Notes: generated by a model from the sequence alone, not told the origin. 64,000 nucleotides of DNA from a bacterium (GCA_965204535.1 CBDBEV010000001.1:1824001-1888000), one strand, 5' to 3'; counted from the stretch's first letter, positions 9,713-19,910 are shown. Made by a program: numbers and translations.

Positions 9713-10888
9713 ATGGATTTCACCCTTACGGAAAGACAGCTTGAACTGCAGAAACTGGCGCACGACTACGCCAGAGATGAACTCAAGCCCCACGTACGCG
9801 AGCGCGAGCGGATCACCGACCCCGCCGAGCGGTTCCCCTGGGATGTTCTCGAGACCGGGAGCAGGCTGGGCTTGAGGACGCTTTCCATCCCCGAAGAGAT
9901 AGGCGGAGGAGGGGCCGATATACTCACGCTTTGCATCGTGGGCGAGGAGATCGGATGGGGGGATCTGGGCGTGGCCGTCACCTTCGATCAGACCTGGAAG
10001 ATCATTCATTTCCTCGACATCGTCTGGAACGAGGCGCAGCGCGCGAAATTCCTGCCCGCGTTTCTGGAGGATCACCGCTTCCACCTCGCCGTCGGCATGA
10101 CGGAGCCGGAGGTGGGTTCCGAGAACTTCATCCCCGAAGAAGGCCCCGAACTCGGCGTCCGCACGAGTGCGGTGCGGGACGGGGATGACTGGATCATCAA
10201 CGGCAAGAAGCACTACATCAGCAACGGCGGGGTCGCCAAGCTCTACGTGCTCGTCTGCCGCACCGACCCCACTGTCGGCGTCTCGCAGGGGGTCACCTAC
10301 TTCATGGTGACGCCGGACATGGCGGGGTTTTCCATCGGGAAGATCCACGAGAAGATGGGCCAGCAGCTCTCCCAGAACGCGGAACTCATTTTCGAGAACT
10401 GCCGCGTTTCCGATGAGTACCGCGTCACGGCGATAGGCGGGGGCGTGGCGGCCCGCTCGGGCCCGTTTTCGAGAGGCTCGGTCATCGAATCCGCCGCCAC
10501 GAACCTGGGCCCCGCCCGCGCCGCCTATGAGGACGCGCTCGAATTCGCCAAGACGAGAATCCAGGGCGGAAAACCCATCATCGAGCACCAGGGCGTGGGC
10601 TTCATGCTGGCGGACTGCTTCGTCGAGTACGAGGCGTCGCGGCAGATGCTCCACTACGCCGCCTGGCGGGCGATGCGCGAAAACTACGACCCCAAGCTCG
10701 GCTACATGGCCAAGGCGTACACTTCGGAAGCCGGCTTCCGGATCGCCACGCGCGCACTCGAGGTCTGGGGCGGGACGGGCTACATGACGGAAGCGCCGAT
10801 GGAGAAATACCTGCGCGACGTCATCAGCTTCCTCCACTCGGCGGGCACCAACCAGGCGCAGCGGATCCGCACCATGAAGTATCTATAA
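9713..10888 (+). CDS. Acyl-CoA dehydrogenase family flavoprotein
   Basis: MTEPEVGS, INGKKHYISNGG, RIQGGKPIIEHQ, EVWGGTGYMTEAPMEKYLRD. Confidence 0.9.
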   Translation: MDFTLTERQLELQKLAHDYARDELKPHVRERERITDPAERFPWDVLETGSRLGLRTLSIPEEIGGGGADILTLCIVGEEIGWGDLGVAVTFDQTWKIIHFLDIVWNEAQRAKFLPAFLEDHRFHLAVGMTEPEVGSENFIPEEGPELGVRTSAVRDGDDWIINGKKHYISNGGVAKLYVLVCRTDPTVGVSQGVTYFMVTPDMAGFSIGKIHEKMGQQLSQNAELIFENCRVSDEYRVTAIGGGVAARSGPFSRGSVIESAATNLGPARAAYEDALEFAKTRIQGGKPIIEHQGVGFMLADCFVEYEASRQMLHYAAWRAMRENYDPKLGYMAKAYTSEAGFRIATRALEVWGGTGYMTEAPMEKYLRDVISFLHSAGTNQAQRIRTMKYL

Positions 10889-10959
10889 CCGGGCAACGCA
10901 ATTTTGCATCGTCATTCCCATTCTCTTGGGGGCGGGAGCCCCGAAAGGCAAGGTGCAGC

Positions 10960-12003
10960 ATGAACAAGAAGATCGCCGTACTCGGCGCAGGCGCCATCGG
11001 CGGCAGCGTGTCCGCTGACCTGACCGACGCCGGCCTCGACGTCACCGTCATCGACCAATGGCCCGAGCACGTGGAGGTGATGCGCGAGAAGGGCCTCCAC
11101 GTCCAGATGCCGGACCTCGACCTCAAAACGCCGCCCTTGCGCGCGCACCACCTGTGCGAACTGGCCTCGCTCCGGACGACCTTCGACATCGTCCTCCTCA
11201 TCGTCAAATCCTACGACACGCGGTGGATGTGCGAACTCATCAAGCCTTATCTCAAGAGCGACGGCATATTCGTCGGGGCGCAGAACAGCATGAACAACGA
11301 GGTGATCGCGTCGGTCATCGGGCGCGAGCGCGTGGTGGGCTGCTGCGTGGAGCTCTCGGCGGAGATTTTCACGCCCGGCTTCATCCAGCGGAACACGCCG
11401 CGCAAGGGCACCTGGTTCGCCGTGGGGGAGCTGGACGGCTCGGTCACCCCGCGCGCGGAAGAGGTGCGCGACATCTTCTCCCACGTCGCCGTCACCGAAC
11501 TGAGCACGAACATCGAGGGCACCAAGTGGACGAAGCTCATCGCCAACTGCATGACCATGGGGCCCTTCGGCCTGCTGGGACTCAAGAACGCCGAGACGAA
11601 GGAGCTGCCGGGCGTCATCGACCTTTCTGTCGGACTCGGCAAAGAGGCGATGGTGGTGGGCGAAGCGCTGGGCTACGGGGTGGAGCCGGTGTTCGGCCTC
11701 TCGTCGGATGATTTCGCGGGTTCTGACGATCAGGTGCTCGTCACGGCCATGAAGACGCTGCTCGGCCACGTGGGCCCCCGTTCGCGCACCGCACCGATTC
11801 AGGATCACATCAAGGGCCGGAAGAGCGAGATGGAATACATCAACGGCCTCGTGTCGCGCAGGGCGAGAGAACTCGGCATCCCCACCCCGTTCAACGACGC
11901 GGTGACAGAGATCGCGCGGATGATCGACGACGGGGAAATCGAGATGGGACGCCCGAACTACGAGCTTCTCCAGGCGAGAATCGCAGAATCCGTCCAGGGC
12001 TGA
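10960..12003 (+). CDS. Ketopantoate reductase (ApbA/PanE) family oxidoreductase
   Basis: GAGAIGG, VKSYDT, WTKLIAN, QDHIKGRKSEMEYING. Confidence 0.85.
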   Translation: MNKKIAVLGAGAIGGSVSADLTDAGLDVTVIDQWPEHVEVMREKGLHVQMPDLDLKTPPLRAHHLCELASLRTTFDIVLLIVKSYDTRWMCELIKPYLKSDGIFVGAQNSMNNEVIASVIGRERVVGCCVELSAEIFTPGFIQRNTPRKGTWFAVGELDGSVTPRAEEVRDIFSHVAVTELSTNIEGTKWTKLIANCMTMGPFGLLGLKNAETKELPGVIDLSVGLGKEAMVVGEALGYGVEPVFGLSSDDFAGSDDQVLVTAMKTLLGHVGPRSRTAPIQDHIKGRKSEMEYINGLVSRRARELGIPTPFNDAVTEIARMIDDGEIEMGRPNYELLQARIAESVQG

Positions 12004-12027
12004 ACACCTGCCGCTGTAAGTAAGAGG

Positions 12028-12402
12028 ATGCCCGCCATGCCCTTCTACCGCTGGGACGACATGAAAAAGCGCAACGTCGTCTCCACCACGGATTCCGAGG
12101 GAAGCATGATCCTCGGCGCGTTCACCACCCTGACGCGCCAGGAGCAGCCGCCCGGCAAGGCGACCCGTCCGCACAGCCACGGCTGCGAGCAAATCATCCA
12201 CATTTTAGAGGGCGTCGGCCGGTTCCGCGTCGGAGAAGAAGAAAAGACCCTTGGACCTGGCGAGGTGGTTCACATCCTCCTGGGCGTGGAGCATGAACTC
12301 AAAAATCCGGGGCCGGACGTTCTCGTCTATCTTTCTTTCAAGAACCGATCCGGAGACTGGCCGCCGAAAGAAGCGCTCGCAAGCGAGGCGGTTGGAGAAT
12401 GA
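12028..12402 (+). CDS. Cupin domain protein
   Basis: HSHGCEQ...EH metal-binding cupin motif. Confidence 0.8.
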   Translation: MPAMPFYRWDDMKKRNVVSTTDSEGSMILGAFTTLTRQEQPPGKATRPHSHGCEQIIHILEGVGRFRVGEEEKTLGPGEVVHILLGVEHELKNPGPDVLVYLSFKNRSGDWPPKEALASEAVGE

Positions 12403-12448
12403 CCCGCAGAACCGGACTGAATAAAATTTTCAGGGGGAGAAAACAGCC

Positions 12449-13603
12449 ATGATCGATCCTTTCCGCATGTCCGCCGTGCCGCGCGTGCGCTTCGGCAGAG
12501 GCGAGGCCGCCTCAATCGGCGCCGAGGCGAAGCGTCTGGAAATGGCACGGCCCATGCTGCTCGCGGACCCGGGGCTTTCTGCGGCCGGCGTGCTCGACTC
12601 CGTTACGGAGGGCCTCGATAAGGCGGGCGTCCAATACCGCCTGTATGAAGACGTGGAGCCCAACCCCTCGGACCCGAGCATCACGCGCGCGCAGGCGTTT
12701 TATGAGGCGAACGAATGTTCCGGAATCATCGCCGTGGGCGGGGGAAGCGCCATCGACACCGCCAAGGCGATGGGGGCGCTCCTTGCGAACGGCGGGAAGA
12801 TAAGCGATTACTACGGCGCGGACACGGTGGAAAAATCCATTCCGCCCTTCATCACCGTCCCGACCACGGCGGGCACGGGCAGCGAGGTGACGCGCGCCTC
12901 CATCATCACCGACATCGAGCGCGGCACCAAATCGAGCATCCACTCAGACGCGCTCTACGCCGACGTGGCGGTGGTGGATTCCTCCCTCCTCGCCACGCTG
13001 CCCAAATTCTTCGCCGCGGGCGCGCTCATGGACGCCCTGACCCACGCAGTGGAATCGCTCGGCTCCCCGCGCGCGAACCCCTGGTCGCAGGCGCTCTGCT
13101 TCCAGGCAATCGGCTTGATCGGCCGGAACGCGCGGCGCTTCGTCGCCGACCCCGCAGACCCCGGCGCCGCCGACCCGCTTGCGCTGGCGGCATGTCTCGC
13201 GGGCGCTTCTTTCACCAATACCGGGCTGGGCATCGTGCACGGACTCACCCACCCGGTCTTCAACTTCTTCGGCGGCCACCACGGCACCACGAACGGAATA
13301 CTCCTCGCCCCCGTGATGCGCTTCAACCTGCCCGCCATGCGCGAGACCTACGCCCGGCTGGCCCCGCTTCTGGCGAACCCAGGCGAAGGAGCGGACGACA
13401 CGCTGGACCCGGAACTCGCCATTGCCCGCGTACGCGCCCTGGCGGACGACATCGACATCCCCGAATCGCTCGCGGCCATCGGCGCGAAAGCGGAGTATCT
13501 CGACCGCATGGCGCACGAGGCGGCCGCCAGCACCACGGTGGCGACGAACCCCGTGCCCGCCGACGCGGAAGACATGAAGCGGATTTATCTGGAGTTGATG
13601 TAG
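12449..13603 (+). CDS. Iron-containing alcohol dehydrogenase
   Basis: GGGSAIDTAK, PTTAGTGSE, DALTHAVES, HGLTH, HHG motifs. Confidence 0.9.
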   Translation: MIDPFRMSAVPRVRFGRGEAASIGAEAKRLEMARPMLLADPGLSAAGVLDSVTEGLDKAGVQYRLYEDVEPNPSDPSITRAQAFYEANECSGIIAVGGGSAIDTAKAMGALLANGGKISDYYGADTVEKSIPPFITVPTTAGTGSEVTRASIITDIERGTKSSIHSDALYADVAVVDSSLLATLPKFFAAGALMDALTHAVESLGSPRANPWSQALCFQAIGLIGRNARRFVADPADPGAADPLALAACLAGASFTNTGLGIVHGLTHPVFNFFGGHHGTTNGILLAPVMRFNLPAMRETYARLAPLLANPGEGADDTLDPELAIARVRALADDIDIPESLAAIGAKAEYLDRMAHEAAASTTVATNPVPADAEDMKRIYLELM

Positions 13604-13616
13604 GCTGCCCGGCGGA

Positions 13617-14237
13617 TCACGGAACCCACCTGCGCGCTTCTTCCCGGATCGCCCGCGCCTTTTCGGTTCCTTCCATCACCAGGTTCGCTGACGGGGGGCT
13701 GCCGCTGAATTTCTCGTTGCGCCAGCAGTGATAGCGCAGCGCCCTGGGATAGGGCGTCAGATCCATCTCCTGGAAGTAGGACGCCGGCACCTCGCCGGGC
13801 TTGTGGGGGTCCATCCTGTCTTTCTCGTAAATCATCGTGCGCTTGATGACGCGCCACCGCCCGTCCCTGCGCTCGAACAGATCCACCACGCTGCTCCACG
13901 TCGAGAAGTCGAAATCGTAACCGTCCATCGTCCGCCTCTGGTGGAGCGTGAGGTAATACTCGCAAACCCCGCGCTCCCCATCCACGCGGACGCGCACGTT
14001 GCCCGCAATGTGTTTCTGGGTGTCGTCGGGGTGATGGCCCTGCATCATGTCGCGCGATTCGGTGATGAACGCATGCGCGTTGCCCATGAACCAGGAGGTG
14101 GTGATGTCCGCATCCGGGTGAAAGCAATCCAGCAGACCCTCCCAGTCGCCCGAATCCCGGCAGTCGTGCGAGAACATGGAGACCTCCATCATCTCGAGCT
14201 TGTCCGCCGCCGCGCGCAGTCTCGCTTCATCACTCAT
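13617..14237 (-). CDS. NTF2/SnoaL-like family protein
   Basis: RDSGDWEGLLDCFHPDA, HIAGN, DLFERRDGRWRV. Confidence 0.75.
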   Translation of the reverse strand: MSDEARLRAAADKLEMMEVSMFSHDCRDSGDWEGLLDCFHPDADITTSWFMGNAHAFITESRDMMQGHHPDDTQKHIAGNVRVRVDGERGVCEYYLTLHQRRTMDGYDFDFSTWSSVVDLFERRDGRWRVIKRTMIYEKDRMDPHKPGEVPASYFQEMDLTPYPRALRYHCWRNEKFSGSPPSANLVMEGTEKARAIREEARRWVP

Positions 14238-14298
14238 TTCATCCGTCTCCTCTCGCGAGCCCACGCCCGCAGTTCGTTTTTCCGTCTATGTATCACGG

Positions 14299-16086
14299 TT
14301 ATAAAACGGTTCGCGAGCCGATCGCAGGCTCCCCGTGTCCCAGGCCGGGCAACTCCCAAGCGCCCGCGCCGCCGGGATTTTCCTCTCCCTGGATGTTCGC
14401 GTCGATCACGTAGGGACGCCCGGCCTTCACCGCCGCATCCACGGCCTCGCTCAAATCGGCCGCCCTGTCCACCCGCACGCCCGCGACGCCCGCCGATTCG
14501 GCCATGGCGGCGAAGTCGGGATTGTAGGGCCTGGCGGAGGCGTGCTCCTGGAAATCGGTGGCGAGTTCGCGGCCGCCCAGATAGCCGCGCTGAAGCCCCC
14601 GGATGGAAGCGAACGCGTAGTTGTTCCAGACGACCCAGACGGCGGGAATGTCGTATTCCACCGCCGTGGTGATGGCGCTCAGGTGCATGGCGAAAGCGCC
14701 GTCCCCGCACACCGAGACGCAGGGTCTCTCCGGCGCGGCCAGCTTGGCCCCCAGCACGCCCGCGACCCCAAACCCCATCGCGCCGAACCCCATCGAGCCG
14801 ATGAGCGATTGCGGCCCCTTGGGGCGGCAATACTGGATCAGCCAGTTGTGGTGGATGCCGACGTCGCTGACGATGACGGCGTCATCGGGCAGGGCCTTGT
14901 CGATCTCATAAGCCGCCCGCTGGGGGTGGATGGGCTCGGTGTCCTCGCGGTAGCCGGGCGCGGTGAACTCCTCCCACTCGTTCCGCCAGCCGTCGATCCG
15001 GCGGAGCCACGCCTCCCGCGCTTCCGGGATTTCCGCGTCCTCCTCCGCGCCGAGCGCCTCATTCACCTGATCGAGAAATACATCCACGTCCGCCATCAAT
15101 CCCAAGGCCACGGGGTAGTTCCGCGCGATCTCCTCGGGATCGATATCCACGTGAATCAGCTTCGTGGGCGGGATGTTGAACGAATAGCCGGGCAGCCAGC
15201 TGCTGGAGGTGCGATCGTCGAAGCGAACGCCGAGCGCGAGCAGAACGTCGGCCTGGCGCGCGGCGTGGTTCGCCGGGTAGGTCCCGTTTCTGGCGATGAG
15301 GCCCAGCGCCAGGGGATGCTGCGCGTCGATCGCCCCCATCCCGCTCGATGAGCACGCGACCGGGATTTTCAGCTTCTCGGCGAGCGCCACCATCTTCGCG
15401 GCCGCGCCCGCGTATTTCACGCCCTGGCCCACGAGAATCACGGGCCGTTCGGCGGAGGCGAGCATCCGGACAGCCCTTTTCACGCCCGCCAGGTCTGCCC
15501 CGCAGCGGCAGGAGATGTTCGCGTTCCACTCCGATGCCTGGGGCATTTCGACCTCGGCCTCTTCCTTGAAGATGTCGAAAGGCACGTCGAGCACGACGGG
15601 GCCGCGCCTGCCCGTCATCATCGTCTTCCACGCCTGGCGCGTGAACTGCGGCACCATCTCCGCCCGCGTGGGCTGGTACACCCGCTTGCAGTAAGCCTGC
15701 ACGGTGGAAGGGAAATCCGCCTGGTAGTGGCGGTAGGTTTCCTGGAACGCGCCCCGGTTGAACTGGTTGGTGGGTATGTTTCCCGTCACGGCCAGAAAGG
15801 GGACCGAATCGAAAAAAGCGTTGGCGAGAGAGATCGGCATGTTCGCCGAACCCGGCCCACAAGAGGTGAACGTCGCCACCGGCCTGCCCGCCACCCGGTA
15901 ATATACGTCGGCCATGAAGCCGGAGAGCGATTCGTGGCGCACCGAGAGCGTCTTGATCTCGTCGGCGCGCTCATGGAGCGCGTCCAGAAAGCTGATGTTC
16001 CCGTGGCCGCACAGGCCGAAGACGTAGGGAACCTCTTCCTGAATGAGGTAATCGACGATGATCTGGCCACCATTCATGCGGGTCAA
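14299..16086 (-). CDS. Thiamine-diphosphate-dependent enzyme (acetolactate synthase large-subunit-like)
   Basis: GLCGHGN, RHE, and ThDP motif GDGAF...NN. RBS AAGGAG precedes TTG at 16086 (alternative ATG at 16077). Confidence 0.9.
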   Translation of the reverse strand: MTRMNGGQIIVDYLIQEEVPYVFGLCGHGNISFLDALHERADEIKTLSVRHESLSGFMADVYYRVAGRPVATFTSCGPGSANMPISLANAFFDSVPFLAVTGNIPTNQFNRGAFQETYRHYQADFPSTVQAYCKRVYQPTRAEMVPQFTRQAWKTMMTGRRGPVVLDVPFDIFKEEAEVEMPQASEWNANISCRCGADLAGVKRAVRMLASAERPVILVGQGVKYAGAAAKMVALAEKLKIPVACSSSGMGAIDAQHPLALGLIARNGTYPANHAARQADVLLALGVRFDDRTSSSWLPGYSFNIPPTKLIHVDIDPEEIARNYPVALGLMADVDVFLDQVNEALGAEEDAEIPEAREAWLRRIDGWRNEWEEFTAPGYREDTEPIHPQRAAYEIDKALPDDAVIVSDVGIHHNWLIQYCRPKGPQSLIGSMGFGAMGFGVAGVLGAKLAAPERPCVSVCGDGAFAMHLSAITTAVEYDIPAVWVVWNNYAFASIRGLQRGYLGGRELATDFQEHASARPYNPDFAAMAESAGVAGVRVDRAADLSEAVDAAVKAGRPYVIDANIQGEENPGGAGAWELPGLGHGEPAIGSRTVL

Positions 16087-16200
16087 AACATGGCTCCTTG
16101 TAAATAGCAAGGGATATAATCAGCGGCGCATCAAGCAGAATCACCCAATGGCGATACAGGATAATACCAAGACATCGGACGAGAACAGGAACGCCCCGAG

Positions 16201-17103
16201 TTACCAGCCTGACGGCTCGCTCTCGAAAATCCCGAGCGATTCGAGTGTGTTTCTGGTATGGGCCTTGGCGTCATCGTCGAGGGACAGGATGGGTTTTCGC
16301 GTCTCGCCGACGGGACGACCCATGAGCTCCATCGCGTATTTCACGGTCGCCGGATAGTTCGTCTGCAGCAAGTGCAAGAGTATGTCCATCTTATATTGCA
16401 GGGCGCGTGCTTTGTCATAATCTCCCGAGACGCAGGCGTCATAAAGGGACAGAACCATCCTCGGAGCGACTTCCCCGCAATTGGAGAACGACCCCGAGCC
16501 GCCGACGGGGATCGACGTAAGGAGCCATTCGATCCCGGTAAACACGGAAAAATCTGATCGAGCGGCGGACGCGATGCGGCACGCGCCCGTGAAATAGTTC
16601 ATGTCGAAACTCGCGTCTTTCAAGGCGTAGAAGTTCGGGAGTTTTTCGAGCATCTCTTCCAGCATGTCGTGGGAGATGGTCACCTGGAGACTCGGGTTGT
16701 TGTAGGCGATCATCGTGATGCCCACGCACCCCCCCATCGTCAGGAAATAATCCAGATGGGCCTCATCCCCGGGCCTCCAATGATAGGGCGAGAGCACGAC
16801 GATTCCCGTCGCGCCTACAGCTTCGGCGTGCCTCGCCAATTCAGTGGAAATATCCGGTCCCGAAGCGGTCACGTTCACGAAGGCGGGAACGCGGCCAGCG
16901 GCCGTGTCCACCAGAAGACGCGCCAGCTCCTTGCGTTCGTATTCACTCAGATTGATGGACTCGCCGATGTGCATGGGATGGGCGATGAAGGGAAAGCCCT
17001 GTTCGATAAGAAAATCTACTTGCTTCGCGAAGGTGTCGTAATCAATGCCGCCATCGGGCTTGAACGCCGTCGTGGGCGCTCCCATGATCCCCTTGAGCTT
17101 CAC
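16201..17103 (-). CDS. DHDPS family aldolase
   Basis: IGESINLSEYER, YNNP, ALKDAS; the GTG start overlaps the upstream stop (GTGA). Confidence 0.85.
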   Translation of the reverse strand: MKLKGIMGAPTTAFKPDGGIDYDTFAKQVDFLIEQGFPFIAHPMHIGESINLSEYERKELARLLVDTAAGRVPAFVNVTASGPDISTELARHAEAVGATGIVVLSPYHWRPGDEAHLDYFLTMGGCVGITMIAYNNPSLQVTISHDMLEEMLEKLPNFYALKDASFDMNYFTGACRIASAARSDFSVFTGIEWLLTSIPVGGSGSFSNCGEVAPRMVLSLYDACVSGDYDKARALQYKMDILLHLLQTNYPATVKYAMELMGRPVGETRKPILSLDDDAKAHTRNTLESLGIFESEPSGW

Positions 17104-18770
17104 TCGGTCTCCCTCACCTCGGGTGCGGCCAGCCCCGAACCGCAAGGAACGGCTTCCTCGTCACGAATCAGATGAAACCCCTCGTATCCCGCCTCCACGA
17201 TCTCTGCGCATTTTTTCGAATAGACGTCGAATCCGGCGATGTAGGGCATGAACACGCGCGGCTTGCCCGGTATGTTCGCGCCCAGATACCAGGAGGTGCA
17301 CTTGTAGCGGATCGTCTTGGCGGTCTCCTCGTTGTTGTGCGCCACCCAGGCGTCCTCCGCCTCCACCGTGGCTTCGATGGATTTCTTCCCGTTTTCGCGC
17401 AAATACACGAGACACGCGCCTATCCACTCGACGTGATGGTCGATGGAAGTCTGCATGTTCGTGAGCACCGAGGGGCTTCCGGGACCGGTGATGGTGAACA
17501 TGTTCGGGAAACCCGCCGTCATGAGGCCGAGATAGGTGCGGGGGCCTTCTTTCCATTTATCCTGCAAGGTGCGTCCGCCGCGCCCACGGATGTCGATTCT
17601 GAGCAGGGTGCCCGTCATGGCGTCGAACCCCGTGGCCAGAATGAGGGTGTCGATGTCATACACTCGGCCCCCCGTCACCACTCCTTCCGGCGTTATCCTC
17701 TCGATGGGCGATTCGCTCACGTCGATCAGGTGTACGTTCGGGCGGTTATAGGCCTCGAAATACTCCGTTATCACACAAAGACGCTTGCAGCCGATGACGG
17801 TTGTGGGGCAAAGCAGTTCCGCTGTTTTCGGATCCTTCACGATTTCCCGAATCTTGTTGCGCACGAATTCGCCCGCCGTCTGGTTCGCCTCCTCGCTGTA
17901 GCGCAAATCCGTGAAGGCGGAGAGGAACGGCAGACCCCCGTGCGCCCAGCGTTTCTCGAATTCGCGCTCGCGTTCTTCTTCGCCGACCTTCAAAGCCTCC
18001 TTATCGCCAAAGGTCTGATCGAAACCCGTGGCCGACTTCTTGGCCCTCGCCCTGATTTCGGGGTAATCCGCCTTCACCTCGCGCACCCGCTCCTCGCTGA
18101 TGGGGCCGTTGTGCGCGGGCACGGCGTAGTGCGCCGTTCTCTGGAAAACGAAAACATCGTCCGCCTCGCGCGCGATGATGGGGATGGACTGCATCGCGGA
18201 TGAGCCCGTTCCGATCACGCCCACTCTCCTTCCCGAGAAACCCACCTTCTCATGCGGCCAGAGACCGGTGTGGTAAACGGGGCCGTTAAAATCGTCCAAG
18301 CCCTCGAAAGCGGGAATATTGGGCGAGGAGAGACATCCGGTGGCCATCACGCAAAACCTCGCCGTGATTCGCTCGCCGCCGTCGGTCTCGACGACCCAGC
18401 GGCTTGCTTCCTCATCGAAGACGGCGGAGACGATGCGCGTGTTGAACACGATGTCTCTTCTCAAATCGAAGCGGTCGGCCACGTGCTCGACATAGCGGAG
18501 AATCTCGGGCTGGCCGGCGTAGCGCTCCGTCCACTCCCAATCTTGTTGGAGTTCTTCAGAAAACTGATAGGAATACTGGACGCTCTCCGTGTCGCACCGC
18601 GCGCCCGGGTAGCGGTTCCAGTACCAGGTGCCCCCCACGTCGCCGCCCGCCTCGTATACGCGCGCCGTAAAGCCGCGCGAGCGCAACCGGTAAAGCATGA
18701 AAAGACCGGCGACGCCCGCGCCGACGATGAGGGCGTCGAGGTCCGTTTTCGCCTTGTTCTTCAACGTCAA
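17100..18770 (-). CDS. Baeyer-Villiger monooxygenase (cyclohexanone/phenylacetone monooxygenase type)
   Basis: GAGVAG, GGTWYWNRYPGARCD, BVMO fingerprint FNGPVYHTGLWP, GTGSSA, ATGFD. Confidence 0.92.
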   Translation of the reverse strand: MTLKNKAKTDLDALIVGAGVAGLFMLYRLRSRGFTARVYEAGGDVGGTWYWNRYPGARCDTESVQYSYQFSEELQQDWEWTERYAGQPEILRYVEHVADRFDLRRDIVFNTRIVSAVFDEEASRWVVETDGGERITARFCVMATGCLSSPNIPAFEGLDDFNGPVYHTGLWPHEKVGFSGRRVGVIGTGSSAMQSIPIIAREADDVFVFQRTAHYAVPAHNGPISEERVREVKADYPEIRARAKKSATGFDQTFGDKEALKVGEEEREREFEKRWAHGGLPFLSAFTDLRYSEEANQTAGEFVRNKIREIVKDPKTAELLCPTTVIGCKRLCVITEYFEAYNRPNVHLIDVSESPIERITPEGVVTGGRVYDIDTLILATGFDAMTGTLLRIDIRGRGGRTLQDKWKEGPRTYLGLMTAGFPNMFTITGPGSPSVLTNMQTSIDHHVEWIGACLVYLRENGKKSIEATVEAEDAWVAHNNEETAKTIRYKCTSWYLGANIPGKPRVFMPYIAGFDVYSKKCAEIVEAGYEGFHLIRDEEAVPCGSGLAAPEVRETE

Positions 18771-19300
18771 AACCCCTTACCTGTTTATATTTCAGTCATT
18801 TAAGCCGCAAAAAATTTTCAGTTATTTATCGAAAAACCTCGTGAATTTATCTGATTTTATCGAATTTTTCGGAAATTCCGAAAGCGCGTTCGCGCGCGGA
18901 GCCCATCCGGAAAGCCTCGTTCGACGCCCCCGCGCCTCATCGTCCGCTCCCGTCTCGATGCGCTCCCGCAAACGCCTCCTCTCGCAAGCCGGATGCCCGG
19001 CCCGGTGGAGAGCCTCGGGCGCCAGGGCAGCGAAACGCCCGGCTCGCGCGATACGCGCAAGTGCGGGTAAATATGGCGCGCGGCCGACATCGCCGACCTG
19101 CTCATCGATCAGGCACGGCGCCTCCCGGCGCATGGAGCCGTAATTCGACGTATCCATGAATAACATATGTTCCATGCCAATGATAGCAGTTGCGGCACAG
19201 ACCCGGTGGGGAGACCGGAGCGGTTCGTCCCGGCTTTTCCGCCTGCCGATTTCATTGTCGGTTTATCTTTTTTTGATTTTACACGGCGGCATCTCGGCAT

Positions 19301-19377
19301 GGATTCCGGCTTTCGCCGGAATTACGGTGTTGCGACCTCTCCGGAAGGGTGTCGTAGGGGCGCTTCGTGAAGCGCCC
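19301..19377. repeat. CGTC-type palindrome plus GTAG-type REP
   Basis: GGATTCCGGCTTTCGCCGGAATTACG (19301-19326) and GTAGGGGCGCTTCGTGAAGCGCCC (19354-19377). Confidence 0.6.
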
Positions 19378-19402
19378 GGTTCTCCGGCAAGGGCCGTTCC
19401 AC

Positions 19403-19434
19403 AAAAAAACGCCCCGCTCGGGAGGAGCGGGGCG
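19403..19434 (-). terminator. Rho-independent terminator of bcp
   Basis: 10-bp stem CGCCCCGCTC/GAGCGGGGCG with a 5-nt loop, followed by T7 on the minus strand. Confidence 0.8.
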
Positions 19435-19451
19435 AGGGGATGCAGGGTTTC

Positions 19452-19910
19452 CTAAAGCGCCTTCAGCACGTCCTTCGTATGGCCGGCCACCTTCACGTCC
19501 TTGAACACCTTCTCGATGACGCCCTTCTCATCGATGATGTAGGTGGTGCGGTAGATGCCGTTGAACTTCTCGCCGAACAGCGTCTTCTCCCCGTAGGCCC
19601 CGTATTTGGACGAGATGAGGCCGTCGGGGTCCGCCAGCAGGGTGAAGTCCAGCTCCAGTTGCTCGGAGAACTTCTTGTGGCTGACCTCGTTGTCCGGACT
19701 CACGCCGATTACGGTCGCGTTTTTCTTCTGAATCTTTCCCAGCTGCTTGTTGAAGTCCCGCGCCTCCGCCGTGCATCCGGGCGTGTTGTCCTTGGGATAG
19801 AAGTAGAGCACGACCTTCTGGCCCTTGTACTTCGAGAGCCGGTGCACCTTGCCGTTCTCATCTCTCAAGGCGAAGGCGGGGGCTTTCGCTCCTTCTTTTA
19901 ACGCTGCCAT
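19452..19910 (-). CDS. bcp: Thioredoxin-dependent peroxiredoxin Bcp/PrxQ (1-Cys type)
   Basis: YFYPKDNTPGCTAEA motif. Confidence 0.92.
   Translation of the reverse strand: MAALKEGAKAPAFALRDENGKVHRLSKYKGQKVVLYFYPKDNTPGCTAEARDFNKQLGKIQKKNATVIGVSPDNEVSHKKFSEQLELDFTLLADPDGLISSKYGAYGEKTLFGEKFNGIYRTTYIIDEKGVIEKVFKDVKVAGHTKDVLKAL

Noticed and set aside
14299-16086. Assigning the ThDP enzyme as ilvB, iolD or cyclohexane-1,2-dione hydrolase
   Set aside because: There is no ilvN/ilvC or iol context and the motifs are not diagnostic, so it is left at family level.
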